The translations under genes and the position numbers were made by a program. 64,000 nucleotides of DNA from Alphaproteobacteria bacterium. GTDB taxonomy: Bacteria; Pseudomonadota; Alphaproteobacteria; Rs-D84. This document shows positions 1 through 9,220 of this stretch, piece after piece. The notes under the pieces are model-generated. The model was not told the origin of the DNA, ran no database searches, and was given only the letters and a program-made list of their open reading frames with translations. The DNA lies in assembly GCA_017502865.1 (NCBI GenBank), contig JAFVUD010000002.1, forward strand, positions 7,238-71,237, in the 5' to 3' direction. How positions within the stretch are numbered: position 1 is the first letter of the stretch; each line of letters starts with the position of its first letter.

Positions 1-1473
1 ATTGGGGCATTAAAATACGTTTGGCCAAAGTTTAGAAAGCCAATTTACTGTACACGATTCCCAGCAGAAATTCTGCGTCAGACGTTTGCAGGTGTTGAAA
101 TGGATTTCGATCCAAAGAAAGACATTGTCGAATTTGACCACAATGGTGCAACACTGGATTTGGCACCGTTCGAAGTGGAAACGTTCCATGTGACCCATTC
201 GGTTCCAGAAGCACAAATGTTGATTATTAAAACAGGTGCGGGGAAAATCCTGCATACGGGCGACTGGACATTCAATGATGATATTCCAATCGAAGCACCA
301 ACGGATTTCGCACGTTTGCGTGAAATTGGGTCTGATCCAAAATTGTTGGCATGTATGTGCGATTCTACGAATTCTGCGAAACAGACCAAGCAGACAACAG
401 AAACCCAGGTTCGTGATACATTAACCGAAATTATGAAAAATGCCCCAGGACGTGTTCTGGTGACGGGTTATTCACGCAGTTTGGCACGTATGAAAATGTT
501 TTCCGAAGCCGCACGTGCCGCCGGTCGTGTTGCAGCGATTAAAGAACGCAGTAATCCAAACCCAGTACCATATGTTGGTTTGCCAGAATTCCGTGAAATG
601 GGGATTAAATTTGGGTACCTGAACAAAGATGACGTGTATCTGCACAGCGAAATCAAAGATTTGCCAGCAGAAAAACAGGCAATATTCTTGACCGGGTCCC
701 AGGGCGAAAAATTTGCAATGTTGACACGTCTGTGCCATGGCCAGGTTAAAGAATTAAAACTGATGCCAACAGATACAGTTGTGTTCAGTGCAATTATTAT
801 TCCAGGTCGTGAACAGGATGTTTCGGCACTGTATAACAAATTGGCACGTATGGGTGTTAAAACACATACTATATTCGATACAGATAATCTGCACGCCAGT
901 GGTCATGCAGGTCGCCCAGAACTGGAAAAATTCTATGATATGGTTCACCCCCAGGTTTCTGTTCCAATGCACGGGGATTATATCAACGAAATGCTGAACG
1001 GTAAAATGGCAATGGAACGTGGCGGTGCCAAACACATGATGGTTGTGCATAATGGTGAAATGATTGCACTGAGTGATGGCAATGAACCATATGTCGCAGA
1101 AACAATCGAAACCAGTTATGTTGTTATGGAAGGCGAAACAGAACGCAGTGCCAACGACCAGGTTTATAAAAACCGTAAAAAGATTGCGTCAAACGGTGCG
1201 GTGTTCGTGACATTGCCAGTGGACAAACGTGGTTTCTTGAAAGGAACACCAGAAGTTTCCAGTGCCGGTGTGTTCGAAACAGACGAAACAGGCTTCATGA
1301 AACGCCAGATTCAAATTGAAATCACACGTGCGATTGATGGCCTGACCAAGGCAGAACGCAAGGACAAAAACAACCTGCATCGTGCAGTTCAGGTTGCATC
1401 GAACAAGGTTATTCGTGCATCACTGGGGGCGGACAAAAAGCCACAATACAGTGTTCACTTTGTTCAAAAATAA
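1..1473 (+). CDS. rnj: Ribonuclease J (5' end outside window)
   Basis: Frame open from base 1 (IGALKYVWPK..PIYCT, following the HxDH motif); THSVPE, LHTGDW, CDSTN, GSQGE, LHASGHA, PMHGD motifs. Confidence 0.93.
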   Translation: MGALKYVWPKFRKPIYCTRFPAEILRQTFAGVEMDFDPKKDIVEFDHNGATLDLAPFEVETFHVTHSVPEAQMLIIKTGAGKILHTGDWTFNDDIPIEAPTDFARLREIGSDPKLLACMCDSTNSAKQTKQTTETQVRDTLTEIMKNAPGRVLVTGYSRSLARMKMFSEAARAAGRVAAIKERSNPNPVPYVGLPEFREMGIKFGYLNKDDVYLHSEIKDLPAEKQAIFLTGSQGEKFAMLTRLCHGQVKELKLMPTDTVVFSAIIIPGREQDVSALYNKLARMGVKTHTIFDTDNLHASGHAGRPELEKFYDMVHPQVSVPMHGDYINEMLNGKMAMERGGAKHMMVVHNGEMIALSDGNEPYVAETIETSYVVMEGETERSANDQVYKNRKKIASNGAVFVTLPVDKRGFLKGTPEVSSAGVFETDETGFMKRQIQIEITRAIDGLTKAERKDKNNLHRAVQVASNKVIRASLGADKKPQYSVHFVQK

Positions 1474-1475
1474 AT

Positions 1476-1505
1476 AAAAACCCGCAGAAATGCGGGATTT
1501 TTATT
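1476..1505 (+). terminator. Rho-independent terminator
   Basis: cccgca-gaaa-tgcggg followed by T-tract after rnj stop. Confidence 0.8.
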
Positions 1506-1562
1506 TTTTATAAAAAAAGACTTGCATTCAGTTAAAAGATATGTCAATATATGTGTCGCAAT

Positions 1563-1639
1563 GCGAGCGTAGCTCAGTTGGCTAGAGCGCAACCTTGCCA
1601 AGGTTGAGGTCGAGGGTTCGAGCCCCTTTGCTCGCACCA
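1563..1639 (+). tRNA. tRNA-Gly(GCC)
   Basis: Cloverleaf GCGAGCG..caacc-tt-GCC-aa-ggttg..GGTTCGAG..CCA. Confidence 0.97.
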
Positions 1640-1777
1640 GAATTTACCACCCGAATGGGTGGTTTTTTATTAACCAAAGGGGCGAGAACCCGCAGGGTTG
1701 CGAGGCGAGACGGCACCGCCGGCGAAGTACTTTGCGGTGCACCAGTATTTACCACCCGAAAGGGTGGTTTTTTATTA
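1626..1777 (+). repeat. tRNA-linked direct repeat (tRNA-Gly 3' end + terminator duplicated)
   Basis: ctttgctcgcaccagaatttaccacccgaatgggtggttttttatta (1626-1672) vs ctttgcggtgcaccagtatttaccacccgaaagggtggttttttatta (1730-1777). Confidence 0.85.
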
Positions 1778-1779
1778 GA

Positions 1780-2856
1780 TTATTTTTGTTTTTGGAATAA
1801 TTTTTGCTGGGCGGCCATATTTTTGTCGTCCAGTATCAGGCGCATTATACAATCACCACAGCGTTCGTGTTTGCACTTTAAGCAGCCTTCGTTTGGAACG
1901 AATTCACGGTATTCGGGGGCAACGTACATTGACTGATTTGCATATGCACGCAGCCATTCTGTGTATAATGCCGACCAACGTGGGTCCGCAGCCAATGCAG
2001 GCAATAATTTCGAAAAACGCTGGATAATGGCACGGCTGTATTTTTGTTCGGATTCTGCAACATCTATGATATTTGATGCCGTCCCAGCGCAGCGATTATA
2101 AACGTATGCGGATTCAGGCACGGTGACAACGATATCTGCGTGCAATACCGCCAACATTGTGAACAGCATATCTTCGTCCAGGGGCATCGTGGTTTCAAAA
2201 CGCAAATTATTACCATCCAGGAATTCACGACGATACAGGGCGGCATTTGCAGTTTCACGGACATCTGCATGTAATAAAACAGCACGTTTGTTATCTACAA
2301 ATGAATCATATACGGCCGGTTTGTCATACATATGGCGACGAATGTAATTTTTTTCATAGTTAAATGTGATTTTGCCCCCCAGCGCAACATCTGCATTATA
2401 TTTCTGGGCCATGGTCAGCATACGGGCAAAATAATGATAATCTGGGGTCAGGTTGAATTCGGGCATTGTGGCAAATGCACGATGATTGATTTTCAGGCCT
2501 GAACGATTTGTAAAGTACGTATCAAATGAATCAAAGTGATGTTTAACAGAATCCCACGACAAGCCAACTGTGTCATCTGCATCAACGAACGAGATATATT
2601 TGCCACATGATATATCCACACCATTATTACGGGCCGTCGATACGCCGGCATTTTTTTGGGTTAATAATACGATGTTGGTATTGTTGGCCTGGTATTTACG
2701 TACGATTTTGCCGGTATCATCGGTCGAGCCATCGTTAACAACGATAATTTCATTATAGCACATACCGCTTTGTGATAAAACACTGTCCAGGCACGCCCCA
2801 ATCGTTTTTGCACCGTTATATACAGGAATGATTACAGATAAATCAGGTCTTGACAT
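1780..2856 (-). CDS. Glycosyltransferase family 2 with C-terminal Cys cluster
   Basis: SVIIPVYN, VVNDGSTD, GVSTARN, FVDADD, ED motif; tail CLKCKHERCGDC. Confidence 0.9.
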   Translation of the reverse strand: MSRPDLSVIIPVYNGAKTIGACLDSVLSQSGMCYNEIIVVNDGSTDDTGKIVRKYQANNTNIVLLTQKNAGVSTARNNGVDISCGKYISFVDADDTVGLSWDSVKHHFDSFDTYFTNRSGLKINHRAFATMPEFNLTPDYHYFARMLTMAQKYNADVALGGKITFNYEKNYIRRHMYDKPAVYDSFVDNKRAVLLHADVRETANAALYRREFLDGNNLRFETTMPLDEDMLFTMLAVLHADIVVTVPESAYVYNRCAGTASNIIDVAESEQKYSRAIIQRFSKLLPALAADPRWSALYTEWLRAYANQSMYVAPEYREFVPNEGCLKCKHERCGDCIMRLILDDKNMAAQQKLFQKQK

Positions 2857-2864
2857 AATGCCCC

Positions 2865-3959
2865 CTATTTCGTGTGTTGGTTACGGTTGGGTAATAATTT
2901 GGCCAGTCCACGTTCCAAGCGGGCCAAGTTTTTGTTATTATGCTGACATTCTTGACATGTTTGGGCCATACAAAAATTGCACGATGGTAATGGAAAATAT
3001 CGCAGGTGTGAACGGATGCCGGCATAAGACATTGCACAATATTCACGCATATACTTCTTGTACGTTTTGGCGTATTGCGGATATTTAGCCAATGCAGACA
3101 GGAACGAACCATAACGCTGGATAATTGCACGGGAATACATGCCACGGGCAGCGGCCGATGATACGTAATCCGAATAATTTGTTAATGACCCACAGTGACG
3201 GTTGTACAAATACAGACTGTCACGGACGGTTGATACACGATTGGCATGCAATGTGGCCAACATACAGAACAATATGTCTTCGTCCAGGGGCATATCTGGT
3301 TCAAAACGCAAATTGTGTTTATTCAGCAAATCACGACGATAGACTGCAAAATTCGCACTTTCACGTGTGTCCGACTGGGACAGTAATGTATGTTTTGTTT
3401 CAGGTGAAGAATCCATTACAGAATCATTAGAATACAGTAATGTGGACATAGAATATAATTCGCCATGAATACTGATTTTACCGCCAAATGCAATTTCTGC
3501 ATTGTTTTTCCGGGCAGAATCAATCAAACGAGAGAAATATTTATTATCACCCAGTGGGTTAGCGGGGCCATTATCACGGCACTGGCCATAAACAATGGTC
3601 ATATCGCCGCAATAAAACGGGGTGCCGGTATCGTATAAATACGGCAGGCAATTTTGGTACACTGCCCCAACCATGTCGTCGGCATCAACAAAACTGATAT
3701 ATTCGCCACGTGCCATATCCAGGCCGTGATTACGGGCGACGGATACGCCAGAATTTGGCTGACACGTCAATTCAATATTGGGATAGCGTAATGTATAGCC
3801 ACGAACAATTGCGGCGGTTGAATCTTTGGAACCATCGTCTATGACAATTACCTGGGATTGGGGGAAGCAATCCTGGGCCAAAATGCTGTTCAGGCACCCA
3901 CGAATGTATTTGGATGCGTTGTATGCAGGTATGATAATTGTTAGTAATGGTTCTTGCAT
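2865..3959 (-). CDS. Glycosyltransferase family 2, tandem paralog
   Basis: IIIPAYN, IDDGSKD, GVSVARN, FVDADD; tail CNFCMAQTCQEC. Confidence 0.9.
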   Translation of the reverse strand: MQEPLLTIIIPAYNASKYIRGCLNSILAQDCFPQSQVIVIDDGSKDSTAAIVRGYTLRYPNIELTCQPNSGVSVARNHGLDMARGEYISFVDADDMVGAVYQNCLPYLYDTGTPFYCGDMTIVYGQCRDNGPANPLGDNKYFSRLIDSARKNNAEIAFGGKISIHGELYSMSTLLYSNDSVMDSSPETKHTLLSQSDTRESANFAVYRRDLLNKHNLRFEPDMPLDEDILFCMLATLHANRVSTVRDSLYLYNRHCGSLTNYSDYVSSAAARGMYSRAIIQRYGSFLSALAKYPQYAKTYKKYMREYCAMSYAGIRSHLRYFPLPSCNFCMAQTCQECQHNNKNLARLERGLAKLLPNRNQHTK

Positions 3960-4095
3960 GACCTAAATATAGCCTAAAATATATTTTTGTCAATATAGAA
4001 ATCGGTTTTTCTGTGTTTTTGTGCTTTACTTTTGGGAAAACATATATAATAATCATGGTCACAAACACAAAAAGAACAAACAAGCGCGTATAACA

Positions 4096-4182
4096 ATGAA
4101 ATACACTTTGAAACGTTTTAATTGATACGGTGCGACCATCAGATTTAGTGACGGACGCACTGTTTTGGCGTCCGTTTTTTTA
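4096..4182 (+). promoter_or_regulatory. Putative lysS attenuator: leader peptide MKYTLKRFN (4096-4125), antiterminator and terminator
   Basis: uORF with two AAA codons; acggtgcg (4127-4134) can pair with cgcactgt (4156-4163); terminator acggacgc/gcgtccgt + T-tract. Confidence 0.6.
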
Positions 4183-4208
4183 AGTCAAAGAACAAGGGAA
4201 TGATAAAA

Positions 4209-5675
4209 ATGGCTGAAAACAAGACAATATCGACAAATGAATTAGAAGCACGTCTGCAAAAGGCAGAAAATATTCGTGAACGTGATGGTGTTGTATGGAA
4301 GGATAAATTTGATCGCACACATACAATCGAAGCAGCACGTGATTTGGATGATGGTACAGCCGTTAAACTGGCCGGGCGTGTGACAGCGTTGCGCTGGCTG
4401 GGGAAATTGATGTTTGGTCGTATCTATGACATCAATGGCGAAATTCAGTTTTCTATGTCCCGTGAAGAATTGGGCGAAGAAAATTACAAGTTTATGAAGG
4501 CAAATGTCGATTTGGGTGATTTTATTGGCATTACAGGTGAACTGTATCACACAACAGCCGGTGAATTGACAGTCAAGGTAAGTGCTTATGAAATCTTGGC
4601 CAAGGCATTACGTCCCCTGCCCGAAAAATATCATGGGCTGACCGATATGGAAACCAGATACCGCCAGCGTTATTTGGATATCATTTCTAACCCAGAAGCA
4701 CGCAATGCGTTGCTGGGGCGTTTCAAAATGACACAATACTGGCGTGATTTCATGAACAAAAATGGGTTCTTGGAAATCGAAACGCCAATTATGCAGAATA
4801 TTGCATCAGGTGCGGCGGCACGTCCATTTACCACACACCACAATGCGTTGGATACAGATTTCCAATTGCGTATTTCGCCAGAATTGTTCCTGAAACAGGC
4901 AATCGGTGCCGGGTTTGACCGTGTCTATGAAGTAGCCAAGGATTTCCGTAACGAAGGTATGGATGCAATGCACCTGCAGGAATTTACAATGGTGGAATGG
5001 TATGCGGCATACTGGGATTACAAAAAGAACATTCAATTCACATGGGATTTGATTCAGGATTTGATTATGAAGTGCCGTGGAACACTTCAAATCGAATACC
5101 AGGGTACAGCGTTGGATTTCAGTGAATATGAAATGATGGACTATACCGCAAAAATGAACGAATTCTTTGGTTGCAACATATTAGACTTTGACGATGTTGA
5201 TGTTCTGCGTCAAAAATTGGTTGACGAAGGCATGTTCCCAATGGCGGAATTGGAAGATTTGAAATCGATTCCAACATTGGTTGATTATGTGTACAAGCGT
5301 AAGATTCGTGGAAATATTGTTAAGCCTACTTTCCTGTACAATTATCCAGCGTACATGGTACCATTGGCACGCAGAAACGACGAAGACGTACGCCGTATCG
5401 ACATGTACCAATTGTTGGTATGCGGTGCAGAAATCTGCAAAGGATATTCCGAATTGGTTAATCCAATCCAGCAGTTGGCTGCGTTCGAAGAACAGGCCAA
5501 GAATATCGCAGATGGCGACGAAGAAGCATTTAACCCAGATAACGACTTTGTTCGTGCAATGGAACATGGGTTCCCACCTATTTCCGGCGTGGGCATGGGC
5601 GTAGACAGATTGGCCAGCATCATATTTGACCAGCCAACACTGCGTGACGTTATCTTGTTCCCAATCATGAAGTAA
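4209..5675 (+). CDS. lysS: Lysine--tRNA ligase, class II
   Basis: OB domain (LAGRV, LGDFIGITG), RYRQRYLD, LRISPELFLK, FRNEG, EFTMVEWY, GMGVDRL, RDVILFP. Confidence 0.97.
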   Translation: MAENKTISTNELEARLQKAENIRERDGVVWKDKFDRTHTIEAARDLDDGTAVKLAGRVTALRWLGKLMFGRIYDINGEIQFSMSREELGEENYKFMKANVDLGDFIGITGELYHTTAGELTVKVSAYEILAKALRPLPEKYHGLTDMETRYRQRYLDIISNPEARNALLGRFKMTQYWRDFMNKNGFLEIETPIMQNIASGAAARPFTTHHNALDTDFQLRISPELFLKQAIGAGFDRVYEVAKDFRNEGMDAMHLQEFTMVEWYAAYWDYKKNIQFTWDLIQDLIMKCRGTLQIEYQGTALDFSEYEMMDYTAKMNEFFGCNILDFDDVDVLRQKLVDEGMFPMAELEDLKSIPTLVDYVYKRKIRGNIVKPTFLYNYPAYMVPLARRNDEDVRRIDMYQLLVCGAEICKGYSELVNPIQQLAAFEEQAKNIADGDEEAFNPDNDFVRAMEHGFPPISGVGMGVDRLASIIFDQPTLRDVILFPIMK

Positions 5676-5699
5676 TACACAGCAGGAGGTGTGTACCCC

Positions 5700-7112
5700 A
5701 TGACAGATTCAGTACCAGAAGATTATGCGGCTATGATGGCTGCGGACTTTGACAGAAAAAATATGGCGAATATTGATAAAGCATTAGACGCCGGAAAAAT
5801 TAATCAAGACGCAGCCGATTATTTACGAAAACTGTATTCCAACAGCATGGTGCAGTTTCGTGAAGTGTTTTATTTTCTGGGGAAATGTTTGGGGGCACCC
5901 AAGGCTGCGGTTATGCCGTACGATTATGAAAATGACTGTGCGACAGACAACCCAACACGTATTGCAGATATTACACCATCATCACCATATATCGTTAATC
6001 ACCGATTGGATGCGGACCCAATGCGAAATCAATTCTTTTCCAGCGGTGATGGTCATAAAATTGACCTGTCGGTGTCGTCGATTGTGACGGTTATTGTGGC
6101 CGCACAAAAGAGTCTGGATCGTGCATTAGACAAGATTACAGGTAAATATTATACAGATTATGTGAATGAAGTTGCACAGACGGCACACCGTGTACTGGTT
6201 GCCGCAGGCCGTGATGCGTCTGGACGTGCAATCGAAGAAAAAATTCGTGAAAAATTCGCAGAAAAATATATTTCAAATGCATCTGAAACAGTGTTAACAC
6301 TGATTGGGCGTGGGCATGAAAAGATTGCTGTGGAAATGGTGCGTGCATTGGATAAAATCGAAACACCGCATGAACGGTTACAGGACGTATGGCGTGTAAA
6401 ATGCTTGTTCGATTTGGTACCCCAGGCACGTACATTTATGGAACGGTTATATGTTATGATGCCAGACCGTATTATTTCCAGTCGTGATAAATTCTATGAC
6501 ATGGAAAATCCACGAAATTATCGTGACGCAAAAATTATCATCAATATTTCCAAGAATCCAAACCAGGTTATTCCAATGGAAATTATTTGCCAGGTGCGTA
6601 CGTTCTTTGAATTTGAACGCAAGACCCATGGTGAATACGAAGCCGCACGAAAGAAAAAGTGTGCAAAATCCGACAGTATAGAAGCCAAAATGGCATCGTT
6701 CATGGAAGATGGCATCAAAGAATATAACAAGAAAATCTGTGACTGTCTGGAAGATTTGTTCGACCGTGTGGGTTGGAACATTTTGTATGGCCAAGACGGC
6801 ACAGTTTCTATGTTCGAAGGATTCCCAAAGGAATGTAAACTGTATTACCCGCAAAAGGTACTGGACAACATTATGGAGAAGTTAGAAGACGCCATAACAA
6901 ACGAAGTATTTCGTGTATGTGATGCACCCGCCAAACTGACCCCGGGGCAACAAAGCGAAATCTTTCGTTTTATGTCACGGTTCGTACTGGTTGCGGCAAT
7001 GCCGTATATGCAGCGTGACTGGGCCATGCCGGCGGATACCCAGGCGGGGAAATTATTTAACTTTGTCATGAAAGAAGTTCAGCGGTACTATAAAAAATCG
7101 TCACAGAACTAG
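5700..7112 (+). CDS. Divergent RelA/SpoT-like nucleotidyltransferase-domain protein
   Basis: KSLDRALDKI, RLQDVWR, NYRDAKIII, MEIICQVRT, HGEYEAAR resemble RSH synthetase motifs Syn1-4; SD aggagg upstream. Confidence 0.55.
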   Translation: MTDSVPEDYAAMMAADFDRKNMANIDKALDAGKINQDAADYLRKLYSNSMVQFREVFYFLGKCLGAPKAAVMPYDYENDCATDNPTRIADITPSSPYIVNHRLDADPMRNQFFSSGDGHKIDLSVSSIVTVIVAAQKSLDRALDKITGKYYTDYVNEVAQTAHRVLVAAGRDASGRAIEEKIREKFAEKYISNASETVLTLIGRGHEKIAVEMVRALDKIETPHERLQDVWRVKCLFDLVPQARTFMERLYVMMPDRIISSRDKFYDMENPRNYRDAKIIINISKNPNQVIPMEIICQVRTFFEFERKTHGEYEAARKKKCAKSDSIEAKMASFMEDGIKEYNKKICDCLEDLFDRVGWNILYGQDGTVSMFEGFPKECKLYYPQKVLDNIMEKLEDAITNEVFRVCDAPAKLTPGQQSEIFRFMSRFVLVAAMPYMQRDWAMPADTQAGKLFNFVMKEVQRYYKKSSQN

Positions 7113-7259
7113 CCATATGCCCCCATTGTTCAAATTAGGATTAAGGACAAATTGGGGGTATTCTTATTTCCTTGATTTTTGTATGTAAAAAATGAAATAA
7201 TTATATCAGGTTCTTAGGGAACACACAGAACCATAACAAGCATAAGAAAGGATACAATT

Positions 7260-7601
7260 ATGCGTCAGGGAAAAGTAAAATGGTATAACGGTAAAAAATG
7301 CTTTGGCTTTATTACCCCAGACACACCAAATGAAAATGGTAATACAGATGATGTATTTGTTCATTCTAGTTCATTGAAAGCAGCAGGCATTCGATTCTTG
7401 AACGAAAACGACATTGTCGAATTCGAAGAAGAAGTACGCAATGATAAATTATCTGCAACAACTATTACACTGATTCAGCGTGACGAAGAATCTGCAAAAC
7501 GTTTCCAGGAACGCCGTGCAGAACGCAGACGTGCAATCGAAGATCGCAAACAACGTGAAGAGAAATCTAGCCGTCGTGGTTTTGCGTTCTGGAAAAAATA
7601 A
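7260..7601 (+). CDS. Cold-shock domain protein with basic C-terminal extension
   Basis: GKVKWYN, CFGFIT (RNP1), DVFVHSS (RNP2). Confidence 0.92.
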   Translation: MRQGKVKWYNGKKCFGFITPDTPNENGNTDDVFVHSSSLKAAGIRFLNENDIVEFEEEVRNDKLSATTITLIQRDEESAKRFQERRAERRRAIEDRKQREEKSSRRGFAFWKK

Positions 7602-7619
7602 TTTAATAAATTGTTTTTC

Positions 7620-7644
7620 AATCCCCCGTTTGGGGGATTTTTAT
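7620..7644. terminator. Terminator hairpin (CCCC-GTTT-GGGG family)
   Basis: aatccccc-gttt-gggggatttttt. Confidence 0.8.
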
Positions 7645-7701
7645 TGAAAATATTTTCACATTGGCATACAATACACACAGACAAAAACGAAAGGATTTAA
7701 T

Positions 7702-8241
7702 ATGTGGACAGCAATCGCAATTATCGCAGTTATTTTTCTGTATATGGTCGCAGTATATAACGGTTTAATCGCACGTAAAAACCAAGCACGTGAAGCATGG
7801 GCAACAATTGATACACAATTAAAACGCAGATATGATTTGATTCCTAATTTGGTTGAAACTGTGCGTGGGGCGGCAAAACACGAAAAAGAAACACTGGATG
7901 CGGTTATTCGTGCACGCAATAATGCAATGGCGGCAAATGGTCCGGCCAGTGGTGACAAACAAAACAAGTTGACCGAAACACTGAAAAGTTTGTTCGCCGT
8001 GGCGGAAAGTTATCCGGATTTGAAGGCAAACCAAAACTTTATCGAACTGCAACGTGAATTGACAGATACAGAAACAAAAATTCAGGCGGCACGCCAATTC
8101 TATAACACAGTTGTAATGGGGTTGAACACACAGATTCAGCAATTCCCATCAAACATCGTGGCACGCATGTTTAATATTACCGAAGATAAAATGTTCGAAA
8201 TTGATGAAGCAGAAAAAGTCGCACCAAAGGTGGCGTTTTAA
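7702..8241 (+). CDS. lemA: LemA family protein
   Basis: N-terminal TM, YNGL, IDTQLKRRYDLIPNLV, AESYPDLKAN, ARQFYN, FPSNIVA. Confidence 0.95.
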   Translation: MWTAIAIIAVIFLYMVAVYNGLIARKNQAREAWATIDTQLKRRYDLIPNLVETVRGAAKHEKETLDAVIRARNNAMAANGPASGDKQNKLTETLKSLFAVAESYPDLKANQNFIELQRELTDTETKIQAARQFYNTVVMGLNTQIQQFPSNIVARMFNITEDKMFEIDEAEKVAPKVAF

Positions 8242-8243
8242 TC

Positions 8244-9086
8244 ATGGCACAAGATTTTACACTGCATACCCACACGAACATATTTGACGGGAAAAATTCT
8301 GCCCAGGAAATGATTGATGCAGCCAAGGCACACGGCATGCGTACAATTGGTATCTCAAATCATTTTATCGTGCACCCAATTATCCCAACAACTGCATCAT
8401 ATGCCGCCGCCACACGTGGTGGTTATGCAAAAATGTATATGGATAATTTTGATGGGGCGATTGCAGAATTCCAGGCACACTATGATGAACTGCGTCAAAT
8501 GGCGGAAAAAGAATCCATTCAAATCCTGTGCGGGATGGAAGTGGACTTCTTTGACAGTGCAGATTGGCATCGTGGATTTGAACGTGCGTTAAAGGTATTA
8601 AAACCAGACTATGTAATCGGGTCGGGCCATTTTATCGAATATAATGGCACACTGTGCAATATTCATGACATGGCAAACGCAGCACCAGATGAAAGCGACA
8701 AGATGCTGAACGAATACTGGGAAAAGATTCAACGAATTGCTAAATCAGGACTGTTTCATTGGTTGGCACACCTGGATTTGCCAAAAAAGCGTGGTCTGGG
8801 GCGGGACGACAAATGGATTGATGCAGAATCACGGGCGGTTCGTGCAATTGCGGAATCTAAATCACGCATTGAAATTAATGCCAAGGGATTCACACTGCCC
8901 ATTAGCGAGGCATATCCATCGCCACGAATACTGAAAATGGTGGCGGATGCAGATATTCCGGTTTTAATCAGTGATGATGCACATGCCGTTGACCAGGTTT
9001 GCAGAAATTTTGACGATGCAGAAAGACTGGCTGTACAATATGGTATAAAAAACCGCATAAAATTGCAGAATTTACTTGATTTTTAA
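8244..9086 (+). CDS. PHP-domain phosphatase (HisJ/HisK-like)
   Basis: LHTHT, GISNH, GMEVD, DYVIGSGH, AHLDL, EIN, SDDAH. Confidence 0.85.
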   Translation: MAQDFTLHTHTNIFDGKNSAQEMIDAAKAHGMRTIGISNHFIVHPIIPTTASYAAATRGGYAKMYMDNFDGAIAEFQAHYDELRQMAEKESIQILCGMEVDFFDSADWHRGFERALKVLKPDYVIGSGHFIEYNGTLCNIHDMANAAPDESDKMLNEYWEKIQRIAKSGLFHWLAHLDLPKKRGLGRDDKWIDAESRAVRAIAESKSRIEINAKGFTLPISEAYPSPRILKMVADADIPVLISDDAHAVDQVCRNFDDAERLAVQYGIKNRIKLQNLLDF

Positions 9087-9220
9087 TATAAAAAACTATA
9101 AACTTAGCCCCGCTGGGTAATCAGAACTGATTAAACGGCGGTGCTTTTTGGTCCCGCCCGCGATAAGGATTCTGTTAAATATCCGGCACCGAAAAAACCA
9201 AAAATAAAAGGAAATATAAT

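Noticed and set aside
1595-1936. ORFs overlapping tRNAs and repeats (also 38594-39135 and 54234-54629)
   Set aside because: They run through tRNA genes and terminators; spurious.
4050-4190. T-box or lysine riboswitch before lysS
   Set aside because: No T-box AAGGTGGxACC/specifier stem and too short for an L-box; leader-peptide attenuation fits better.
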